Assembly: GCA_043228905.1 (NCBI GenBank)
Contig: JBHGNT010000018.1
Location: 9,114,001 to 9,178,000 of the forward strand
Source: Azolla caroliniana
Taxonomy: Eukaryota; Plantae; Polypodiophyta
Direction: 5' to 3'
DNA length: 64,000 bases
The position numbers and the translations under genes are program-made. The notes below the pieces were generated by a model, which ran no database searches, was not told the origin of the DNA, and worked only from the letters and a program-made list of their open reading frames with translations. Positions 1-11,645 of this stretch are shown here, piece by piece (the first letter of the stretch is position 1; every line of letters starts with the position of its first letter).

Positions 1-341
1 TTCATCCTCCGAGATCTGTGTTGTCTGCCCATGCTCGATTGTTCCCTGGTTCAGCGATGCCTCCGTAGGGGTGATAGCCAGGTTGCTCTATCTGACCACT
101 AAGGCTTGCTCCTGATGTGGCTCCTTCTGTTCTTCCGAGGACTCGCAGTTGGCTGTGGTTCCGGGGCCGGTAGTGTCATTTCCTCCGCCTGCTTCCTTTT
201 CTAGGGTCGTGGTGGTGCAGCCTGCTGTGTGTTGGGGCGTGGGCTAGGTCCTGGGGACGTTACCGAGGGGCGTGACGTTGGCTGTCGAATGGTGACGTCA
301 TCGGCCGTGTTGTCTGTCGCGGCTACCTCCCCCTCCCATTC

Positions 342-1047
342 TTAGCAGGTCTCGGAAACTACCCTTTTTTGTTGGGGTTGGGCGGGTGGTGGAGCACATG
401 CGGTTTTCTGGTCGGCGGCAAGGGGTGAAGGCGATGTGGGCTCCTCCCATGCTTCATGGCTGATGGCCACGAATTTCTCTCTCTGCCTCTGTGGTGGTGG
501 TGGGGACGTGAGTGCGCGAGGGGAAGGAAGCGAAGAGGGTGGGTATAGCACCATCAAAAAGTGGGTAAGAACAGACAACATCTTCTTACCGGACTGAAAT
601 GAAGCTAAGGCGGCGCGGAGTCCTTCGCCTGTGATGATTCCCCAATCGATTCTGTTTCCTTCATAAGCGCTGATGATGATGGCTGCCTTGTTCTGCGGCA
701 TGCTCGTTGGGTTCGTATGCACGAACGCATACTCCATCAAGATACGAGCAATCACCCCGAAAGCTTTGTTGGGCCTGCCATACGTGCGATATGCCTTCCC
801 TGTGGCTGAGTACTCACCGAAGTACGCCTTCATCTTTGATGCCGGGGGTATGTCGACCTCATGGTCCCCTCCCCGTTGCAGGTCCAAAACAGCCTAAAGC
901 ACGTTGTTGGTGATGGCTTCAGGACTTATACGTTTCGCCACCGTTTGGGCATCTGGGTGCGCGGGGGCATCGATGATCTTCAGATAACCGCCCATTCCTC
1001 GTTCCTAGAGCCAGGCGCGGGTTTCTGTTGAGGCGGTAAGAGGCATG
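342..1047 (-). pseudogene. Accessory ORF downstream of integrase (sense orientation, Pro-rich tail), interrupted by stops
   Basis: ORF 342-887 extends upstream through two in-frame stops to about 1047 (MPLTASTETRAWL*...). This position is typical of OTA-lineage extra ORFs. No family recognised. Confidence 0.5.
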
Positions 1048-1578
1048 GTGGAGATGGAGGCTGGGTTCAACTGTGTGGAAGCGTGAAGCAAAGTGATGAG
1101 GCGAGGGCGAGCCATAGGAGGTACAGCAGGAAGGGGAAGTCCAGCAGAGAGGTTATGAGAGCGGAAGAGGGCTTGAGAGCAAGAGCGCTTCGCGTGTTGA
1201 GAGCGAGATGGGGTTTCTGATCTTGAGAGCAATGGAGATGGAGAGCGATAATGGTCTGTGCTGTGTTTTGGAAACGGTTTTGGTAACTTATTCCTAGGGT
1301 TTTGTACCTACAGCGAATCCTGAAGATTCTGAGTCGTGGGGTCCATAATAAGTGACTAGCACCACGTGTCCTGAAGGTGAGTGGGGTGCTTCTAGTGTGC
1401 TTTGCATGTGGTTTGCATGTGTGAACAGCTTAAATAGGTACTAACTGAGTGGTGGCGAGGGGTGCTCCTAAAATTGGGGTGCCTAGGTGGGTGGTGTAGG
1501 TGTAGCTAAACAGTGGCTAAACTATGGTTAATCCTACCTACTACTACTTTTATTAATTTCAAGAAGGTGGGTGAGTCC

Positions 1579-4500
1579 TTATTCAGGGGGACATGTGGCG
1601 TCCTCCATGGTGATCTCCCGAGTCTCGTTGGTGCTGTGTGGCTTGGTAAACAGGTTGGGTGGTGTAGTCCCTCGATATGGTCTAAGCCGAAACCCATTGG
1701 CCCAGCTTTTGACCATGTCGCCGGCGAGTGTGCCGAGCTGGAACATCCCGTTGAACTCGTCGATAATCCAGAATGGACCGGTCCACCAAAATCTTAATTT
1801 TCCCAGCATTGACCCGAGTCGTGTTTGAAAAAGAAGAACTGGTTTGCCGATGGTGAGCTCCTTCTCCAGCCCATGTCGATGTCGATCCACGAAAGCCTTG
1901 CGTTGTCGTTGGCGTTGTTCGAGCTAGGCCATACTCTCTATCCTATCTTCCCCGAGTTCGAGGAGTTGTTCCAGCCGGTATTGCTCGGATTCGGCCTCGG
2001 GGAGCCGTGCTTTGACTTGAACTCGGAGGCTCGGAACTTGGAACTCGACGGGCATTACAGCTTCTAACCCGAACGCCATTCGAAAGGGGGTCGATTGGAT
2101 GCTTGTTTTGAAAGTCGTACGATACGCCCACAGCGCGCTCTGGAGTTTGTCATCCCAATCGGTCCTGTTTTTATTGACGATCTTCTTTAGTATGGTTTGG
2201 ATGATTTTATTAGTCGATTCTGCCAAGCCGTTCGCCTGCGTGTAGTATGGTGTGCTTTTCTTGTGCACCACCGCGTAGTGGTGTGTAAGCTCACGTATTA
2301 TATGATTGATGAAGTGCCCACCTTGGTCACTAACGAGCTCGATTGGACATCCATAACGGCACCAGAGGTGCTCGTACACAAATTTAGCCGTGGATGCCGC
2401 CGTGTTATCTCGGAGTGCCTTAGCCTCGACCCATTTGGTGCAGTAATCCGTGGCAACGATAATATATCTATTCCCTGTTCGGGCCGCGGGTGGTTTGAAA
2501 GGGCCTACAAAATCCAAACCCCATTTTTGAAATGGGTCCAATGGAAGAATCGGCTGGTGTGGCATCCGTGACTGTTCCATTGGTTGCCCCAGTCGTTGGC
2601 ACAAATCGCACTGCCTGCAAAATTCGTGAGCGTCTTTCTTTGTTGTTGGCCACCATAATCCACTTTGCCTAACTTTCCTTGTCGTGGAATCCCTGGCGTA
2701 GTGTCCCCCTACTACTCCCTGGTGGGCTTCCTGAAGAACGGCGTTCTTCTCGAACTGCCGAATCGCTCGGCGCCATATGCCGTCCGAGCCTTTGTGGTAG
2801 AGAATGTCTGAGACGAGGCAAAAATTCCGGCTACGCACTGCTAGGCGTTTCCTTGTCTCAAGGGTCATGTGCTCGGGAGGTACACCGGTAGTGAGAAAAT
2901 GGGTCATCTCCGTGATCCATTCATCTCCGTTATCGTCTGGTATCGTGGTCAGGTTAAATAGGCTGGCGTCCGGTAGCTCGTCGTACGTTGTTTTCGCCGG
3001 TTCTCCTGACTCAAGACGGCTCAAGTAGTCGGCGACGGCATGTTGTACCCTGGGTCGATGCTGAATCTGAAAATCAAACTCTTGTAGTAGGAGCATCCAC
3101 CGAGCCAACCGTCCGGTGAGGGCTTGTTTATTGACCAAATAAATAAGGGTCGAGTGATCCACGTGAAAGGTAAATTTTCGGCCCAAGAGGTAATGCCGAA
3201 ATTTATTGATGCTATAAATCATACCGAGGGCCTCCCGCTCGGTGCTGGAGTAATTCTTTTCCACGGTCGAGAGCCGTCGGCTGGCGTAGTACACGGGCTT
3301 ATACCAATTCGGGGGTGTGCATTGCATCAGAGCACTTCCGATGGCGATGTCCGAAGCATCTACGAAGACGTGAAACGGTTCGGACCAAACCGGAGACTGG
3401 ACCACCGGGGCATGTGACAGCATTCGTTTCAGGGTTTGATAAGCCGTATCCTCGACTTATGTCCATTGGAAAGGAAGGCGATGGACTGCCGCGTGTAAGG
3501 GTGTCGTGAAATCGGCCAAGTGTCGTATCATTCGGCTGTGCCACCATATCTGTCCCAAAAAACGGCTTAGTGCCTTAGCGTTTGAGGGTGTGGTAGCATC
3601 CAGGATTGCCTTTACTTTATCTGGGTCCATAGCGATGCCTTCTTGACTGACAATGTGGCCGAGAAGGTTGCCGCTGGTGACTAAGAACGCGCATTTCGCC
3701 GGGTTTAAACTCAATCGAGCTTGGCGACATCGGTCCAGGCAGATTCGTAACTGGGTCATGTGTTCCCGTCGATGGCCATACACGGCGAAATCGTCGAGAA
3801 AAACTTGCATGAACGTCGGGATGTAGTCATGAAAGATTTCAGTGATGATGCGCTGGAACGTAGCCGGCGTTGTTTTTAGACTGAACATCATAACTTCTGC
3901 CACAAAAACGCCCCATTCCGTGACGAAAGCGGTCTTCTCCTAATCCTCCGGGTGCATTCTTATCTGGTTATAGCCGTTGAACCCGTCGAGGAAACTGCAG
4001 CATTCGTGGCCGGCTACCGTGTCGAGGACGCTATCCGTGAATGGGAGAGGGAAACCGTCGGTGACAGTTACCGCGTTAAGCTTCCGATAGTCGACGCAGA
4101 CGCGGATTTTTCCGTTCTTCTTGGGGACCACTACGATCGGGCTCAACCATGTAGCCCGTTTAATAGGGCGAATGAAGCCCACTCGCAGTAACTTGTCAAT
4201 TTCCTCTTTGACTTTAGCGGCGTAGTTGGGGTTCATCCTGTAGCGCCTCTGCTGAACCGGCCAAGTGTCGGGTAAGATGTGAATTTGATGTTGGTAGTAT
4301 TGAGGATCTAGCCCCTTCATATCGGTGTAAGACCAAGCGAAAACATCCTGGTAGTCGGTGAGTAATTTTACAAGACATGCCCATTCGCCGGTTGGTAGAT
4401 TATTGGCAATTTGTACCGTACGGGGATTCTCGTCCGAACCGAGGTTTATTGTTTCCAGGGTCGATGCTTTCACTCGTTGTGAAATGGCGAGTTCACGTTC

Positions 4501-5235
4501 GAAAGCCTCCCGAGCATGACGTAGCTCGGCAACTGTGGTTGCATCGGGTTCATCCTGGGGTGGTGACTCCTCCGTGACTTCCTCGTCTTTAGATGGCGCG
4601 ATGGTTGGTAAGGCATTGATTTCGAAGAGAGGAATGATCGTGGGATGATCATCTAGGAAGTCATCAACCTCCTCATCGGCCAATCCGTCAAGCATATGGA
4701 CCCCTTCCACGTATAACGGCGAAGTGTTGAGGGCGACGGGGGCTCATTCTTTAGTGATGATTCGGACTTTTGTCTTCCCTCTTCGGAACGAGATCATGTT
4801 GCGTTGCCAATGTTGCTTGATATTCGCTGTACGCAACCATGGTCGACCTAGTAACATTGGGTAGGCGCCTTGTGTCTCCAGTCGTAGCACGATGGCCGAG
4901 ATCGTGAACATGTGGCCTTTGAGTGTGAAGTCGAGATGGCGGATTAAACCAATGGGGCGAACGGAGCGGGTGTCGGCCATCCGAAGCCAAAAGGGGCATG
5001 GTTCCCATTGATTCAGGCCGAGGCTGAGACACGTTGACTCGCTAATAACGTTTACGCCGGATCCGCCGTCGATGATGCATCCGTGCAGGTCTTGGCCCTT
5101 AATGATGATTCGCACGGCTGGGTTCTGAGAATCCATGAGTGGTGGGCCGGTACCTGCTTCGATGAGGTGTACCGGGGGTGTCACAGTCTTAGTATTGGCA
5201 TGTAGTGCCGCCAGGGTGTCCCGAAATCTCGGCAT
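1579..5235 (-). pseudogene. gypsy pol (PR-RT-RNase H-integrase), broken by stops and frameshifts
   Basis: PR IIDGGSG (4744-5235); RT in 3940-4710 and 3457-3903; RNase H VDAS...EREAL plus integrase HHCC and core in 1924-3423; GPY/F-like WTGPF in 1579-1890. Confidence 0.92.
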
Positions 5236-6863
5236 GAGTGGTAGCAGTTATGTAGGGGCAGCGAGATGCGGGAATTGGTAAGCACATCCCATAGTTGGTC
5301 GTCCTCAAACGACGTGGGTGGTGCCGGGGTTTGTGGTACTTCACTGGGCCCGTCCCTCATGTCAGTTTGCATGCGTGCGACATTATTTTTATTGGCCGTG
5401 TCGACCCATTCTTTTGCTACCTGTCCTACTTCATCCTGGATTAGCCACTGAGTAGTCTGTGCTTTACTCCGGGTAGTGACCGTTTGAACATCGGCCATGA
5501 TACTGTTTGCCGCGGGTGCCTTGCCACGGTTGGTTGTCGGACATTGCGTGGCATAGTGGCCTGGTTGGTTACATTTAAAACATGTCACGTTGGCCGAGCT
5601 GCTGGTGTCCGCTCGGTTTGTGTGTGGAAGCTGTTGTTGTTGATCCTCGGTCTCGTTTGGTGGTGGGTTGTTCTGAGGTGCGTTGGAGTTGCGCTGGTCA
5701 TGTTGAGGAGCGTCCCGTCGGCAGTTGTGATTTGGTCTTCTGTTGTTGCGTGTGTTGCGATTGTCGTTTCGCTGATCCATGCGTGAGTTCCTTCGGTCAT
5801 ATCGATCATCGCGATCGTCATCGTATCGAGCATAATCGTCGTGCCGGTCATCGCGATAATAATCACGGCGATTATCACGTTGGTAGTCGTCGTTTCGGCG
5901 CCATCGATCCGGGGATCGCGGTTGGTCGCTATCCTGGTCGTGGTAGATATATCGCTCGTCCTGCCGAGAGTATGTATTGCGTGGCTCGATCTGGCAGACC
6001 GGTGCTACCGTTGTGCGGTTCAACATATTATATTCGCACTGCTCGACCGTGTGAGCTCGAGACTAACAGATCGGACACTGTGGTCGGTGGGGACATTCGA
6101 GGGCTAGATGCCCTGATCCTAAACACGCAGTGCATTGGAGGGCTTGGCAAAAGCGATTGTCCTCTTGGGGAAGAGCGTTTTGCAAGGATGTCATCGAGAA
6201 GGCCGTGTCGTGCTGGTTCCGGTCGAGGGCGAGAACGCGCGCTATGACTTGTTCGATAGTATGGTTGGCGAAATTTGTAAGTGCGAGAGTCGTTCGTAGA
6301 GGCTCTCGTAAACTGGATAGGAAAGTGTCCGGTATATGTTGTGCCGAGACATCATCGGCCACTTGTCTGTAGAGATCTTGGAACCGGATCGTGAACTGCG
6401 CGACCGTTTCGTGCGGTTCCTGGCATATAGAGAAGAATTGCCGTAGCAGTTCCCGTTTAGGCACCTCGCGATGAAAAAGTTCCAGGAACTTTGTGCGCAC
6501 GATTTGGAAAGTGGTGGCCTCTCCTATTTCGAGACGAGAGTACCATCGTGCGGCCGGTCCCTCGAGGGAGAGTGTGAACTCGGCAATCTTCGAGGCATCG
6601 ATTTCGGCCGGTGTGAGGCGGTGCGTGGAGTGGTTAGCCTGCCACGTGGATATGAAGGCACGGACGTGTGACTCCGCGTCAGGTCCATCGGCATATTGTG
6701 GGTATGGGTACGGCATGATGTCGTATTGTGGTTCTTCTGGTAGCACCGGAAAAGGGTTTAGTTCCGGTTGATTGACCTCCGGAGGGCTCGACGGGGGCTC
6801 TGGTGGTGAATCCACTCGCGATCGAGTGTCCGGTGGCGAGGATTGCACTGGACAAGCCCCCAA
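5181..6863 (-). pseudogene. gypsy gag with three CCHC zinc knuckles and one premature stop
   Basis: ORFs 6063-6863 and 5181-6026 are in the same frame. The capsid-like motif is LEGPAARWY...QEPHETVAQF. Knuckles: CTACLGSGHLALEC, CPIC*SRAHTVEQC, CFKCNQPGHYATQC. Confidence 0.85.
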
Positions 6864-7022
6864 TTGATCGGGAAGGGATTGGTCAGTGACCGCCGAGTTG
6901 GAAGTTCCTTCGACTGGCTCAGGTCGTCGGGCAAGTGGCCGAGACCTCGTGGTGCGAGAGGGCGCCGTAACGGCGGCTGGTGGTTACCTTCAACGAAGTT
7001 CGATGTGCACTCACAGCTGTAA

Positions 7023-7034
7023 CCGGGCGTGCCA
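7023..7034 (-). promoter_or_regulatory. Primer-binding site TGGCACGCCCGG (probably tRNA-Arg type)
   Basis: Begins with TGG, 3 nt after the LTR-terminal CA, and resembles the Tat/Retand PBS. Confidence 0.7.
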
Positions 7035-7037
7035 AAT

Positions 7038-7494
7038 TGTGTTACCCGTTCCCTTGGGTGAACACCTTCGATAGATCTGCGTCTATCGGTCTTCAAGGGC
7101 GTGGTACGTGAAGGCTCGTACAGAGGCGTTGAGAGAGATACAGGGCTCAGAGAGAAAACACTAGCGAGGTTTTGATAGACGTGGCGGCGTGAAACTCATA
7201 GGTATAGATCGAAACACAGACTCATGCAGCAAAATAGGCGCAATTAAGATATATTATTGTGGCAGAAAAGGATTACAGAACACGGCCTATGGCCGGTGAC
7301 CTTACAAGTTTATCTAATTCGAATGACTAAGCTAGTGCTTCCGCCTATAATTTTCTTCTCCTCTTTCTTTGAGGTACTACTTCTCGTTTAAATAACTTTT
7401 CCCCTAACACACAGTCGAGCCATCGGTGGCCCGTGATACTCGGACTCGGCGTTTGCTAATTTCCTAATTTTACATCTCTGTCCTCTGGACAACA
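7038..7494 (-). repeat. 5' LTR of the OTA-like gypsy
   Basis: On the minus strand it reads TGTTGTCC...ACACA. It is bounded by the PBS and by the resumption of copia coding sequence at 7495. Confidence 0.8.
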
Positions 7495-10400
7495 GCAAAC
7501 AACCAACCTATGATAGGCTTCGTATATTCGGATGCGAGGCCTTCGCGTTCATCCCCAGGGACAAAAGGACGAAGTTGGTACCCCATGCAACAAAGTGCAT
7601 ATTTCTCGGTTATGGAACCGATGGGGACTTCGGCTACCAGCTATGGGACCTTAAGAACCGGAAATTGATCCGGAGCAGCAATGTGGTCTTCAATGAAGAC
7701 TCTATCTTCTCTCAGAGGAACCAGCAGAAAACATTGGGCAAGAAGGTATCCTTCGAAGATGACAATGTCATCGTAGAAAGATCGACCCACCGGGCCGAAT
7801 CAGAGAGTCAACAGACAGTTGAACTCCAACCAGCCAACAACATCCCAACCGACACTGAATCAGCCATAACTCCCAACGTCGAACTCGAAGACAAAGTCAT
7901 CAAAGACAGAGCCGAATTGATGAAGGTCAATCAAGGCAGAGTCAACAAGGAAAAAGTCAGAAAAGAGTCGACAACAACCGTACGGGAGAACAACCAGACA
8001 CCGCCGAAATCCCAAACCGGGGGTGGAATACCGAAGAAGACTCCTGACTCAACTGGTTCAACAAATGCCGATCGTCAAAAGGAACTGATCGAAGAATCTA
8101 AACTGAATAATACGGCACCTAGGAGATCTAGACGAGCTCGAAGGAAAACATAGTTTTATCAACCGGGCCTCGACTACGTCAACTACACGGATGCAGGCAA
8201 ACCACGCACGTATGACAAAGCTATGGCCGCACTGGATGCCAAAACATGGCTACAAGCCATGAAATCCGAAATGGACTCGATTCATCAGAATCAGACATGG
8301 GAGTTGGTCGAACTACTAGCAGGACGAAAGCCGCTACCTTGCAAGTGGGTATTCCGATACAAATATGTATCTGATTCAAAGAAACCCAGGTATAAAGCTT
8401 GGCTTGTCGCGAAAGGATTCAAACAAGAACATGGGGTCGACTACAATGAGATATTTTCACCAGTAGTCAAGATGACCACCCTCCAACTCCTACTAGGAGT
8501 TGTGGCGACCGAGGACCTAGAGCTAGAGCAGATGGATGTAAAGACGGTGTTCCTATGCCGAGATCTGGAAGAAGACATATACATGTCTCAACCGGTAGGC
8601 TTGACGGCGACGGGGGAGAATAGTCACCTCGTATGTCAATTGAAGAAAAGTCTCCACGGTGTCGTGAAGAAAACCGTCCACAAGCGGAATCGGTGCACCG
8701 GAGCGTAGGAGCCGGCTCTTCATACACGTACGCCTTATGTTGTACATAGAAGATCCTAGGTAGGTAGATTCGGTAGGTAGGAAGTTAATGGGAAACGGCT
8801 CCTTCCTTGCATATAAAAGGAGGGAGACGAGGAGGGGAGAGGGATCGCGGGAAAACAGAGAGGACGAAGTGCTGTCGGGTTGTCGGTCGAAGGCTTCTCT
8901 CTCTTCCATATTCTCCGTAGCTTCTTCCTATGCAGGTTTCGGGAGGCTCGCGCTGCTCTGAGGAATGCCCGAGTGCTTCCGGCAGCACCTCCAACCTACT
9001 CCTTTCCTTCTGAGCGTTTGTGAACAGGCATCGACATCTGTTCGCCGGCCTGTTCGGTTGTAACCGACTTCGTGCTTCTTGTTGTTTGTCTCTGTTAATA
9101 TATACTTACATATCTTTGTGCCTCTCTGTGTTGGTTTCCCCGCTCGCGTCTTCGTGTCGAAGGGTCGTGCCCCTGTGGATCTACGCTCGCACGTAGTGGG
9201 TCCCTTCCCTTCTCCTTTCCCTATTGCTCTTTGGTACAAGACCCCCGAGGTCCCGCCTCATTCCACGCATCCGCAAGGAATACCCTGACAACGGCTTAAA
9301 ACAAGCACCGAGGATGTGGTACCAGAAGTTTGACTCCTACATACGGCAGCTTGGATACAACAGATCAAACTCCGACCCATGCATGTATGTTCGGCAACTG
9401 GCCGACGAGTCTAGGATCTATCTAATCCTATATGTCGATGACATGTTGATTGCAGGAAGAAATCAGGCAAAGATCGGTAAGCTGAAGCGGAGCCTTCATG
9501 CAAAATTCGTGATGAAGGAACTAGGACAAGCCCGACACATACAGGGCATGAGGATAGAGAAAAATCTAACGACTAGAACTTTCTGACTCTCCTAGTTCGA
9601 TTACATCTGCAAAGTGCTAAAGCGCTTCAACATGGAGAATGTGAAGCCAACATTGATACCACTTCTGATGTCGATCAGACTATCAGATAGAAACTCTCCT
9701 GCAACAGACAAGGAGAGAGAGCTTAATGGAAAGATACCCTACGCATCGGCAATAGGAAGTATCATGTACGCAATGGTGGCGACCTGACCCGACCTAGCCT
9801 ATGTCGTAGGGATAGTCAGCCGGTACATGTCAAACCCAGGAAAGAAGCATTGGGAGGTCGTCAAGCACATCCTTAGATATCTAAAAGGAACCACGGATGC
9901 ACAGTTGACATTCGGTTCAACAACATCAACCGAAGTCAAAGGCTACAGCGATTCCGACTATGCCGGAAACACGGAGAATCGGAAATCGACATCAGGCTAC
10001 ATATTCACCTATGGTGGTAGTGCGATATCATGGAGATCGAAACTTCAAGAGTGCACGGCTCTGTCTACTACAGAAGCCGAGTACATAGCAACGAAAGAAG
10101 CGATCTGGCTGCACCGAGTGACTACCGATTTCGGAACTACAAGCCTAACCGACCAATCAGCGCCGACCATCCATTGCGACTCACAGAGCGCAATACACCT
10201 CATCAACAACCCCATCTATCATGCGAAGACGAAGCATATTGAGGTGCGGTATCATCATATCCGGGAGCTCGTAACCGAGAAGAAGCTCGAAGTCCGGAAG
10301 ATCGACACCGAGGTGAACATCGTCGATTGCCTGACGAAGCCACTCCCAGATCAACGCTTCGGAACACTAAGGACGAATATGGCACTATGACAAGCGACCG

Positions 10401-11021
10401 AGCAAAAGAAAGCCGAACGAGGAGCAGAAGGTAAGAGTTGATTGATAATCATACCATACCTCTACCGACTCGGCTACTTGCCGACAGACTTGTAATATAA
10501 AATCTAGTTAAATTTGTAATCAAGGTTTACGGGGGAGACAACCCCAAATATTTGTAATTGTATAGAAGAGTAGTCCTTTTACGTGGGAGTTTGTTGGCAT
10601 AAAAGGCCGACTCCTTCCACCTTGTATCTGTCCGAATGTGAACTTGACAATAAGTTAGGGCTTAGCATATAAGTGAATACCTAACGTTGTAATGGATGAC
10701 GAAGAAAGAAGATTGTAATCTCTAAGAGAGAAAAACCCGTTGAGCAAAAATAAGAAGCTTTCCATTAAAGCTTGTAACTATGTAAGTCCATATCTGCCTC
10801 CTCTATCTTCTGTGTATGTTGTTTGCTTTTCATAGCCAAACAATCTGAACAAACACTTCCGCATAACTGTCGACACATTCACTCACACGAGGGAGAGGTC
10901 TTGATGAATGGCGGCTAAAATACGAGCACGTCCTTCCGTTGACAGGTTGACATAGTTGCCAGGGATGGAAATACTGAAGCGTGGCTGGAAACCATAGTTG
11001 GCAAAAAATGGGGTGATGCCA
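7495..11021 (+). mobile_element. Ty1/copia 3' half (integrase C-terminus, RT, RNase H, PPT, 3' LTR from 10592), degenerate
   Basis: KCIFLGY; WLQAMKSEM...KGFKQ...QMDVKT; LKQAPRMWY; YVDDM; YSDSDYAG...STTEAEY...TKHIEVRYH. PPT GTGGGAG is followed by TGTTGG. The right end is approximate. Confidence 0.88.
8660..9290 (+). mobile_element. Solo LTR (Phygy-like termini) inserted in copia RT, 4-bp TSD ACGG
   Basis: TGTCGTGAAG...CCTGACA flanked by ACGG at 8656-8659 and 9291-9294. Removing it restores LKKSLHG-LKQAPRMWY. TATAAA lies near 8812. Confidence 0.9.
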
Positions 11022-11023
11022 GT

Positions 11024-11645
11024 TGACCAATATGCATAGTTGCTCCGGTGGAGCTTTTCTGTGGGAAGCGAACTTGTCATACCTCTATCCATTTCGGTTC
11101 TCTACTGTTCTTCACCGGGTGTTAGGGTTTGTCTTCGAAAGCGTTTGGCGGCTATAGAGGAGTCTCAACCCTCGCGCTCTGATACCATGTGAAAGTTAGC
11201 ATGTGGAAGCTTGACAAAACCGGTTTAGCCAGGAAGCAACAGAGAATAGAAAACACAAGTTGAATGGAAGCTTGAGAATATTTAGCATACACAAGAGAGA
11301 CAGAGAGAGAGCAGAACATAAAACTCTATTCTAAAATAATAATACTTTGTGTACTTAGAATGTGCTCAGAGAGCACTTTTATACAAGTCCATAAAGGATT
11401 GGAAGGTACTTCAATGCTCATACGAGCAACTATCACTAACTCCCAAAAATATGCCTATGTACTAGGCTGGATCCGTAGGGCTCTAACGGCCTACCAATTT
11501 CAATCCGATCCGGCTCCTGGTTCCGGATATCATCCACACACTGATCCGATTGAGCTTGCTCGCTCAACAAGCTTGTTTCTAGCTAGTTCTGAGCTTAAGT
11601 GGCTATCTATTTGGTTGTAGTTGCACAACTATATTTTTTGCAACA
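11024..11645 (-). mobile_element. Ty1/copia 5' remnant: LTR 11188-11645, tRNA-iMet PBS 11176-11187, gag start at 11092
   Basis: Minus strand reads TGTTGC...TCACA, then TGGTATCAGAGC. The gag N-terminus is MDRGMTSSLPTEKLHRSNYAYWS, similar to the gag start at 19083. Confidence 0.85.

Larger units (their letters stand above)
1..7494 (-). mobile_element. Ty3/gypsy LTR retrotransposon, Athila/Tat (OTA)-like, degenerate; 3' end lies outside the window
   Basis: Minus-strand order 5'LTR-PBS-gag-PR-RT-RH-INT-extra ORF. The RT region has DVFAWS...WLSPIVVVPKKNGKIRVCVDY and FLDD, and the integrase has WGLDFVGP. It is inserted into a copia integrase at 7494/7495. Confidence 0.9.
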
